A model generated the notes under the pieces. The model was given only the letters and a program-made list of their open reading frames with translations, did not search any database and was not told where the DNA came from. Below, one piece after another: positions 1 through 8,992 of a DNA stretch of 20,000 nucleotides. Within the stretch, counting starts at the first letter, position 1, and each line of letters begins with the position of its first letter. The position numbers were made by a program, and so were the translations under genes. The DNA comes from Chromera velia (taxonomy: Eukaryota): the NCBI GenBank assembly GCA_018398765.1, contig JAHBMJ010000421.1, forward strand, positions 108,040 through 128,039, read 5' to 3'.

Positions 1-2282
1 CCCCCCCGTCTTGCCCCCCATCCGACGAAGAAACGAACACATCGGGCTGGAGCTCCAACGCCACAGCATACCCTTCCCACAAAAGCCGTCGCTCAAACGC
101 ACCGAACGAATATCCCCCTCCCTCTACAAACCCCCAGCCTGACGCCATCCCATTTGCATCATACGACAACAACGCCTGTGCACTCCCATCTGCCCCCTCC
201 TTTCCAATCTGAAGCCGATTACACAGGCCACCCACCACAATCCCCACCCACTCCCTCAGGCTGTTCTCCTGCACGCGCCTGCTGTCGTCGTCCTGCAACC
301 TGTAGAGTCCCTCTCGACAAACGCTGCGGGTAGGAACATTGGAACAGATATACGTGGAGGGAGTATCAATCAATCACTGTTGTATGTATAAAAAAGCAGG
401 GGAGGAATCTTACTGAGCAGCCACAACCGCCCGCAGTCAGGTAGATCGAAGCTCAGCCCAAAAGTTCTTTGATTTCTTTACTGCTTGACTGTATTCATGA
501 GTGCTTTCCACGTTTCGCTCAAGCGTTCATGTTAGGTATCCGTCAATCAATTCTCTCACTTGTTTAGTAAAATGTTCTTGCACTCACAAATTGACGGGCT
601 GACTGACTGACTTACAAGTTCCACATTCGGTCGAGGGCCAGCAGAGCCGCAACTCGGATTTCTCCCTCAAGTTTTTTCTCCGTTCCCTCTTCCTCTCCCC
701 CCCCCTTCTCTTCTAAAGTGTCCTCATGGCCCGCCGCGATCTTTTTCTTTTTCTCCGTCTGCTTGCCAGAACTCCCCTTTGTGTTCTTCTTCCCACCACC
801 CCCTGCCGCTTCTCCCTCCCCCAGCAAACGAAGAATCGGGTCTACAAGATGAAGAAAAAAAGCAAACTCAGCTGCAACACCAACTAGGCCCCGTCCCCCC
901 CCGAGTTTCATTTCCGATCCAGCTCCCAATCTTTCAGACTCCATCGCTACCTGCGCATCCGTCTTCGCCCGAACGAAAGAAGAAAAAAGGTCAGGGAGAC
1001 CACACAACACGCCCAAACATGCACATCGAGAAGTGAAGGTCTCAAGGGGCGTTCGGATGTCCTCTCCACCCGCATCTTTCCCCACCCCCTTAGAGCTTTC
1101 CGTCTCAGACAGCTTCTTTTGCCGTTTCGGTGCCGGTTGTTTTTCCTTTTCCTCTTCAACCGCATTTCCCCCCCCTTTTCCCCCGTCCTTCAACGCACGG
1201 TCTAAAGAATCAAACAAGAGCCTTGCATGGCTCTCTGCAACCCTCTTGCGCTGTCGGTCCGGAACCTCTCGTGCATTTGCCTCGTCTGCTTTGGTTTTTG
1301 TGGCCCGACTCCAAACGGGGTTGTCGGGGTCCTTCCTCCCCACGTATGCGGACAGGGGGGGCAGGTGAAAGGGCTGAAAGAGCAGTCGGCATGCGGAAGC
1401 AAAAAGAAGTTCCAGTGTCTGGATGAAAGGCTGCAGAGCAGATGTGCTACTACTCTGCTGACAGTTCGTCTTGTCTTTCGCTTTCAGAGCCACTCGTGAG
1501 ACTGCAAAGCGCACACTGCACAGGGCAGGAAGGAGACGCGAGGCAATCACCTCGAAGCACTTTTTCTCGTTTGCCCCCGAAGAAGCGACCAACAGGAGCA
1601 GGGAAACGGCTGTCTGAAGAAGGGGAAGCTGCTTCTCGATTGCTCCAATCCAAATAGAGGAACGGGAAGCCTCTTCACCGTCTCCCTCTGCTTTGTCCCT
1701 GCTTTGTTTCTCATTTTCTTCTCTACCTCTCTCATTGAGAAATGCAGCTGCGAGACTCAAAAAAAGCGCGACCTGTTGGGATAAGAACGCACACACGCCA
1801 TCCAAAGGCGGTGTGAATCTAGGGGCAAATCTGGTCATCCACAGGGAAAGGATGTCGTCCCATCTCCAGGACGAAACTATGCTTTCTGGGACTACCTTTT
1901 TGGTTTTGGTTTTGGCTTTCTCTGTCTCCGGACTTCCCACTCCACTCTCCTCCTCGATCGCACTGTACACCAAAGAGAGCAGAAGACCCGAATAAGAGAA
2001 GAGCGGGTAGTCAGAGGGGAGCAGTGCAGAGGAACGCGCAAGAAATTCCCACTCTGCTTCAGAGAGCTTCTGGGTGTTCTTCTTCACCCCCTCAAGAAAC
2101 CATTCAAACAGCCACACAGGCAATTGAGACCCTAGAATGCGAACGTGCCACGCCCCTCCGGAGGCCTCTTCTTGGACTCTCTCAAAGAGCCTCTCTACTT
2201 CGTCCAAAGTCCGGGTGCGCACAGGCACCTGACACCATCTCGCGACTTCCTGCGCGGCCGTCTCCTCCTCAAGAGACGCCAT
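1..2282 (-). CDS. Probable URB2/Npa2-like nucleolar pre-ribosome-associated protein, 5' part. Exons 2282-616 and 323-<1; continues beyond the window.
   Basis: Seen: 556-codon ORF with a GTAAGT donor at 615 (phase 2). It joins the CAG acceptor before 323 in frame (…DRMWNF-VCREGLYRLQDDDSRRVQENSLREWV…ALELQPDVF), open to position 1. From recalled family motifs (not searched): WLFEW…WEFL, LFQPFHL, SHARLLFDSL, LPDLFSSFV, EFAFFLHLVDPIL and EGLYRLQDD occur in the same order as in plant/animal URB2 N-terminal regions. The gene is well supported; the product name is tentative. Confidence 0.6.
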
Positions 2283-3080
2283 CAGTCAACAAAGGGCCTC
2301 TTCAGTCAGGTCAGCGCCTCTGTCCTTTCTTTCCGGTCACGCTTTCTATTTATAGAACCTTGCAACTACTGCGTTTGAGAAGTCGGTTCGTCGGGCGATG
2401 CATGACCACTGCAAGTCGCATCATTCGGGGTCTAGCGCCGAGACGGCTGGGGGGGCGGGCCGTATCCTTGAGAGACGGAAATGCACACAAAGGAAATGAG
2501 AAGCGAGCGGCCAGGACGACAATCCAGCAGCCGGGTACAGAAGCGAAATCGATGTGCACGTCTATGGCTCTAAAGAGTCGTGAAGCCGCATTGATTTGCA
2601 CTGTACGTTCTGTACCGAAATGCACCGAATTATTATGTAATCACCGCCCCGGTGTCGCCCGTTCGCTGCACCGATGATGCATACCATGCAACGCGAGGCC
2701 GGCCCCGCCCGCCCATGCATGCGTGGCCCGCCCGCGCGCGTCGCCGCATGCATGTCGCCGCCGTGTCTCAAACGACATCGAAAAAGACAAATAATCATTT
2801 CATGGAGCCTTCTCCCCCAGTCAGAGTGGCAAGTCTCCGTAAATGGAAGATCGTCAAAGCACACTCGAGCTAGTTCGAGCAGTGACTGAGGAGGGTCAAG
2901 TCGGGTTAAAACAGTTCCGTGCCTGTGCTGACAATCCAAGTGATCTTTACACGTTGCCTTCCGTAGCCGTCTCCTCTTGTCTCCCAGCGTCTCGTCTCCA
3001 GAGAACTTCTGCAAGGCTTATATTATATAGCGCCCAGGCATTGGCAAGGCACTCCCCTTCTCTCCACCCTTAATGCTCCC
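2283..3080. promoter_or_regulatory. Divergent intergenic region between the URB2-like and Shr3-like genes
   Basis: Head-to-head ATGs at 2282 (-) and 3081 (+). GC-rich core at about 2640-2770 with several CATGCA/GCATGC motifs. TATA-like TATATTATATA at 3019-3029, about 50 nt before the 3081 ATG. Confidence 0.5.
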
Positions 3081-3581
3081 ATGGAATTGAGACTCGAACA
3101 CCTTTTCGTAGTGTTTCTGTCGGGGCTCCTGGTGGAAGAGCTCCACTTCGACCTCCCCTTCTTGCTCAACGATTTCTCAGAAGAGCAGCTGGACTTCATC
3201 GTCAAATGGTACCCCCGAGTTGGGCACTCATGGCTCATCCAGGCGTTCTGCTCGGGCCTCAATGCAGCGCTTCTCCTTACCTTCTTCTATCGTGTTGCGT
3301 CACAGAATCGTACCGTCTATGACACCGCGAACTTTATTTCCATGCTCTTCATGTGGCCTCTGGTTGAATATTGTCACCATCTAGAACGAGAAGTCGAGAC
3401 GGGGGCAGACACGGTCTTGAAGCTGCGGGTCATTGCGATGCTCCACGCGTCCATGGTTCCAGGCCTTCTGGTGGGGTCACTCAATTCGTATCTGGCAGTG
3501 CAGGAAGTCTCTCGAAAAAAACAGCAGAAAGTTCAAAAAGGTGAAGGCGCAGCAGCAGTCAAATTGAAAAAAGAAAGATGA
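3081..3581 (+). CDS. Single-exon 166-aa multi-pass membrane protein, Shr3-like (ER membrane chaperone-like), with C-terminal KKxx motif
   Basis: ATG-TGA ORF with about 4 hydrophobic segments and a Lys-rich tail ending KKER (dilysine ER-retrieval position). Blocks FLSGLLVEELHFD, SEEQLDFIVKWY and LRVIAMLH resemble yeast Shr3 FLMGVFFSNMPYD, TQEHFDLALRHY and LAVIASSN (recalled, not searched). Confidence 0.65.
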   Translation: MELRLEHLFVVFLSGLLVEELHFDLPFLLNDFSEEQLDFIVKWYPRVGHSWLIQAFCSGLNAALLLTFFYRVASQNRTVYDTANFISMLFMWPLVEYCHHLEREVETGADTVLKLRVIAMLHASMVPGLLVGSLNSYLAVQEVSRKKQQKVQKGEGAAAVKLKKER

Positions 3582-3771
3582 GCTGCGAGACATGTCAGGA
3601 CAATGCACGCTGTACGCTGCACTTCTGTGTTGATGCAGCTCTTTGAAGTCAATTGTTTCGTCAATGAAGCTCATTGGTCTCTTGGGTGCCTAAGGCACCC
3701 TCCCGAATGTGTGTGCGATTTTTGTGTATAAATCGTGTCTTATGCTCTACGTCCGCCAATGATCACTTCCC

Positions 3772-4179
3772 TCAAATTGTCTTTCTCTTCTTCTTTTCAC
3801 TTTCATTCTTGCTTTCGATTTCGTTTTGATCCGTGAACTGTCACTTCCCCCTTTCCCATTTTCTGAAGCCATGACTGAGTGGATGTTCTTTGACGCAGCT
3901 GTTGCAGTCACTGAGTGATTGATCTGGCCTGTCGGAGTCGATCTCGGCCGCCTTCTCCAAAAATGCAAACACGCACACTTGCATAGCGTGCTTCTTGCCA
4001 GCTCGCAGAACATGTACTGTCCGTTGAACGTGCTGAAGCAGCTGTACGGTGTTGGTTGGGAGCCGTAGAATTTCGTCAAATGCTCTCGTGATGATGATTC
4101 TCGTTTTATCGTTGGCATATTTCCGCTATTTTGGTATTTTGAAGTACTCTACAAAGTCTCTTTACGCAGGGCTGTTGAC
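3772..4179 (-). pseudogene. Degraded coding relic of unknown family, possibly TE-derived
   Basis: Frame not in the ORF track: VNSPA*RDFVEYFKIPK*RKYANDKTRIIITRAFDEILRLPTNTVQLLQHVQRTVHVLRAGKKHAMQVCVFAFLEKAAEID…EHPLSHGFRKWERGK*QFTDQNEIESKNESEKKKRKTI*. It has 94 open codons (4125-3844). The internal stops TAA/TAG/TGA are each one C>T change from CAA/CAG/CGA. Confidence 0.3.
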
Positions 4180-4355
4180 GGGCCCTAGACAGTAGCAGCT
4201 GCATACAATGCTTTTCTCTTTAAATTTCCCATGCTTTTGGTTACATTAAATGCTTTCCACGTGGCTTTCCCCAACATTGGCAGTTCACTGAGCTCGGCCA
4301 TGAGTGAGGTATCAGTAAGCAACCTTAGACAACCACTTCATCGTGTGCCGGTATG

Positions 4356-4818
4356 TAGGCCCTGCACTCCATAAATGAAAATATATAAAAAAAGAAAGTT
4401 TCCGATCTTATATAGTATATTTTTGGTTTTATCAACTAAAAAGTGCATAGTTTTCCTAGTAGTTTTCAATGCAGCACCCCGTCTAGCACCCCGTGCAACA
4501 TCCACTCTTAATTGCAACACAGTGCCAATACTTAAACAACAGTTGTTTGCCTAGAATTCTTTGTTACGTCTAGTTACGTAACTCACGTGTAATAGCTGAG
4601 ATGCAGGCAGTTAGAGACTGGTCTAAGTGCTTAAACTGTGATTTAAATAAACCTTCAATCAACCAAACCCATCCTTCAATCCATTAAACTAGATACTGAC
4701 TAGGACACTCATAATTCGATCTAAGATACGTATCTATATGATATGTACAGGTAAATAATATGTATTTCAATGAATTTTGCTGAATAAATTATTTTCAAAT
4801 ATGTAAGCCCAGGGCCTC
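4356..4818. mobile_element. Candidate non-autonomous DNA transposon (MITE, hAT-like)
   Basis: Imperfect inverted ends: left AGGCCCTGcactcCATAaaTGAAAATA from 4357; right end reverse-complemented AGGCCCTGggcttaCATAttTGAAAATA from 4817. Flanking 8-mers are CCGGTATG (4348-4355) and CTAGAATG (4819-4826), 5/8 identical. The interior is AT-rich with no convincing ORF. Confidence 0.45.
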
Positions 4819-5768
4819 CTAGAATGTCTAAGCTAGCTAGCGTCCGAGAAGACCCCGCTCTTCGGGCTTAGCCAGGTCTCTAACCAGGTCTTTAAAGTAG
4901 ACTAGCCAGTAGACTAGATCGAGTAGATCAGAGTGAACGGGATTTTTTGTTTTGTGAAGAAAAACGATGCAAATGCAACGTCACAAAATGAGGAAAGGAG
5001 GGCTAAAACATATCGAGAGAGTATAAGCGGGCTGAGAGACGAGAGAGACGACAACTAAACACCGTTTACATGCCAGCCTCCCATGCAGCCGGTTCACACC
5101 GAGACTCAAAAACCAGTCGATCATGCACACGCCAGAGGATCGAAGATTTATTTACGTGGAGCATGTTCACATTCAGATTGCCGAAAGCAAGCTCGATCTG
5201 CATGTCGGCTCATCTTGAAGTCCACAACTTTATTTGGACTTGCTTTGCCAACTCGGTCTCTTTCTCACTGGCACAAACACCACTGCATCAGCGAAGTCAC
5301 TTCTTTCTCTCCCGTTCTCTCCATGCATCATAAAGGAACAATTGCTCACGCTTTTCGTTGGTCGGAAGAAATGGAAATTTGACGGACACAGATGGACTCC
5401 AACAAAAAGATTCAAAATTGCACAACAAAACGAGGCAACAATGTGCAGACAAAACGTAAACAATGCAAGGCTCCTTCCTCTTCCAAACGTGTGTACTGTT
5501 TTACAACGGGGAAAAGGGGGATGCTTTTTAAGAGACTCAGTGTGTTTGCTTTAGACTTTGCGCAAACCCACTTTCAAAGCTTTTTTCAATTGCATGATTT
5601 CATCAAGACGACGTCCGCAGACGGTCACTTTCGTCCTGCGAGCGAAATTACAAACTGCCGGTCAGTCATTCACAAGCTGCTCTGGTCTTGTGCGCAAAAA
5701 GAAAGCCAGCCAGTCATCGCATCATCGCCTCAATCAATTGTTGAGAAAAACTGCATTTCCTTTCACAA

Positions 5769-5867
5769 CTGCATGCAGGGCTTCACTTCTGCATCCGATC
5801 GCTGCATGCAGGGCTTCACTTCTGCATCCGATCGCTGCATGCAGGGCTTCACTTCTGCATCCGATCG
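5769..5867. repeat. Perfect 33-bp tandem repeat, 3 copies
   Basis: CTGCATGCAGGGCTTCACTTCTGCATCCGATCG at 5769, 5802 and 5835, with no spacers. Confidence 0.97.
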
Positions 5868-6438
5868 AGTTATGGAGGTGTGAGGGCGCAAAGAACATAC
5901 ACGAAACATCACAACAACAAAAAATGAAAAGGAAAAAGAAAAACGGTGGCCGGTTCGTCGATGAAACTCATGAAAGACAGAAAAAAAAAGAAGACAAGGA
6001 AGGAAAGAGAGAGAGGAGAGAAAGAAAAGGGGAAGAAAGGAAGGAAACCTGGTCCATATACTGGACCGAGATGAGCTGAGTGTTCGATCCCCAAAACAAA
6101 AAAGTGCATGCCATTGAGTCAAACAAATAATGGTTTGTGATCTTCAGGATAACTTTAAAGACAGCAGTTACTCCTTCCTTCTCTTTTTTCTCCATCTCTC
6201 CTTCTTTGACACATTCCCTGTCTTCTTTGTTCGTCCTCCCCTGAGTCAAAAAAAGGCAATCATGAAGAAAGGAAAGTATATATAAGGGCGCACAGATAGT
6301 TGCCACTCACATCGGAAAGTTGTCTTCTCCGGGAGAACCAGAAAGGAAAGCAAAAAAATCAATAAGACACTCAGGGACTTTTGTCAATCTCGTTTCCAAA
6401 AACACACATCATGCATACCGGCCGAGGCATGGCGGTCA

Positions 6439-8438
6439 TCATGCAGCGAGGACAGTGATTTGTTGCTTCTCAACCACGGCTCTCAGCATGTCACGGGCAG
6501 CGGAATTGAACCCTTCCGGGCCAGAAACGACGACACGGCACGGCTGTGGCATTCGCTCCACTGCCTTGGCGACGATTTCGGAACAAATGCGAGATCTGAG
6601 CACCTCTGCACTCCCGATGTTCTGGACCGTCTCTTCAACTGTCTGCCCGTTGCAGCCTGGGGTCACGTAGTCGAACTGGGGGCCTCCTGTGTTAGGGCCC
6701 GTCAGGAGGAGCGTGCAGTGACGCAGACCCCGCTGCTCACCCTCCCGGCAGTACTCGGCAATCTTGTCGAGGAGGAGCACATCATCCTCGCGAAACGAGA
6801 GCAAGGCGTCGATGGGCACGCGGAGCTGGTTCTGCCGAGCAGTCGAGATGCCAAGATTGTTCACCGGATCCCGATGCTGGAGGATTTGCGGCAGCGCGAC
6901 CACACCCGTGCCGGCCAGCAGCAGGAGCACGCTGGCCGGCGAATGGAACGCCCCCGTCTCTCCGTCGTCCCCGGCGATCAGGCTGGGTACCTGGAGCGTT
7001 TTCATGGGCTTAGAGAGCCACACCTTCGTGGGAAGCGTGTTGCCGTGGGTGCGAAGCCAGGACGTTGCCTTGCCATTGTGGTAGATCTTCACCAACATGT
7101 CACACCTCCCCTGCTCCCACATCTTGGCGGTGCTCACAGGAGTGTAGTCGCGCTCGATCCAGGGGAGAGGCCCTTCGTCGTTCGCCCCGACCTCGGCGAG
7201 CATCGTGGTGTGCCACGTGATGGGCACAGCAACACGGCCCTTTCCGCGTGGGTGGGGGGTTCCCCGCTTTGGGTCCGTCGACTTGAGATGGTAGATGGCG
7301 GTGAATTTCGACACGGGCGTAACTCCCTCGAGCGACCACTGGCTGTACTGGGAGATGGTCTCTGGCATGGCACCTGCGAATAAGGGAAGACGTTCATGAG
7401 TTGAAGAAAAGGAAAAAATGAAACACAGGATGCAGTTGTTCTCTTGATCGATCGGTACCTCATGCTCGCGGCAGAATCGACACCGGCTCCAAAAACGGAA
7501 TTTCGGATATCTGCTTTTCTTGTAGAGAAGACCGAAATCGCACGCTTTCAGTGCAGAGTGCATTAGATACCGAGAGACACGATGATGCATGCTGTAAACA
7601 CAGACAGCACATCCGTTCCCACACACAGGTCACTCTCACGCTCATTCATTGACAATCAACCACTCCATGGAGCCCCACCTGCATGGTTGACTGACAACAC
7701 ATGCACGCTGCACACACACACCACCTCCGTACACATCCTTCTCGCAAGACGGAACCGGATACCAGAGATCTGTTTTTTTTTTTTGTTATACAAAACGAAA
7801 CAGCAACGCTTTGCGCAGAGAGACGGAATTTCAGAGACCTGCTCTTCTTGTTGACAAGAGGGAAATGAAAGGTCCTTAGTGCAGAGCAAGAAAAGAATTT
7901 CAGAGACCAAGAAGGAAATTCGGGGGAGGAGCGACTTGCCATTAGCGACCCCCACGCCTTCTGAGAAGCCGGCCAGGTCGAGGAGCTCTAAGAAGTCAGG
8001 GATCAGGCCCGGCATCCTCCGAACTTCCTGCTCCATGCCACGAAGCGCTGCATTCCAGCGGAACACAGAGCGGTTGTGCTCTCGCGCCCGCAGATTGCGC
8101 AGACAGGCAAGCCGCTCCGTTGCCTCTTGTGGAGCCTCCTCCAGTGCGGGCTTTTTGCCCGTCGCATCCTCCACCACACGGGCACTCGCTTCCAGGCTGT
8201 TGATGCGTACGTGCACTCGCTCTTCGTCAGATTCGCCTTCCCCCGACTTGATGACAACCGCATTCGGCCCTTGGCTGCAGTAGCCAAGGCAGCCAGTCTC
8301 GCTCACCGTAAGGCCGTCAACCAAGTTGCCCAGCTCCTCAATCTCGGCCAGCACGATCTCACTGCCTCGGCCGCGGCACGTGCGGGCGTGGCAAACGCGA
8401 ATCTCCGGCTCCGAGGGATCAATCGACATGTCAGACAT
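6439..8438 (-). CDS. Thioredoxin-like [2Fe-2S] ferredoxin fused to an FAD/NAD(P)H oxidoreductase (cytochrome b5 reductase/FNR family). 477 aa; exons 8438-7940 and 7373-6439.
   Basis: Exon 1 has VCHARTCRGRGS…ETGCLGYCSQGPN (C-x4-C…C-x3-C, TRX-like ferredoxin ligand pattern). Exon 2 has RDYTPVS (RxYTPxS FAD motif), LVKIYHNGKAT, LLAGTGVV and VVVSGPEGF. A phase-1 GCAAGT donor at 7939 joins the CAG acceptor at 7374 in frame (499+935 nt = 478 codons). Confidence 0.88.
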
Positions 8439-8992
8439 GGTGTTGAAGATCGTTGAAATTCGCCGAGAGCCTAGAAAGAACTGGAAACTCCTTGTGCAGG
8501 GGGCGGTTCAATAGCCGGAGACTGCTGCACCCGGCTGACCTGTCGATCGCGTGACTACTGAGAAAAGGATTTGTGACGCCATGCAAAAACCTCGAGCGGC
8601 AAGCCTGAGCAAGATGGGGAGGTGATGGGAAGACTGCCAGGGGAGTATTCTATATATATAGTGGAGCGCACACTCGGATATCGTGGAGACGGCATCCTGC
8701 AGTTTGCAGGTTAAAGAAAAACTGATAGGAATTCAGTGCCATGCATGCAGTAGTTTTCCGGGGCCACGTCCTGCGACACGCATATATTCGCTGCGCATGC
8801 AGTGAGCTGCATGATGCTGCATGTAGAGAATTTCTCTTTTGTGGATCCACTCTCACGGACCAAAGTTAGCTCGGACAAACTGTTTTGGGTCGTTTAATAT
8901 GCATGGAAGAAAAATCAGCTTCATGTGACGAACCCGCGTCTTGAAGAGAGTCCATCCGCCCCAGCTCTGACGGCAAGTGACCTCCGACGACG
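8439..8992. promoter_or_regulatory. Short putative bidirectional promoter between the flavoreductase and multicopper oxidase genes
   Basis: 554 nt separate the divergent ATGs. It has a palindromic (TA)5 at 8651-8660 and a cluster of GCATG/CATGC motifs at about 8740-8825. Confidence 0.5.

Noticed and set aside
2024..3014. ORFs 2024-2677 (+) and 2562-3014 (-)
   Set aside because: They overlap the URB2-like start or the GC-rich promoter, and their composition is not protein-like.
3747..4118. 123-aa minus-strand ORF as a functional gene
   Set aside because: No motifs; an overlapping stop-interrupted frame looks more protein-like, so the region is treated as a relic.
5769..5867. CRISPR array
   Set aside because: The 33-bp units are contiguous with no spacers, the context is eukaryotic, and there are no cas genes.
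3657..5971. 18-nt near-direct repeat (3657-3674 vs 5954-5971, 16/18 identical)
   Set aside because: A rough estimate gives a few such matches by chance in 20 kb.
5392..6122. ORFs of 163, 173 and 119 aa
   Set aside because: Kept open by the 33-bp repeat and purine-rich tracts; no domain signal or splice support.
6460..7383. 307-aa plus-strand ORF
   Set aside because: Antisense shadow of the GC-rich reductase exon, with no recognisable motifs.
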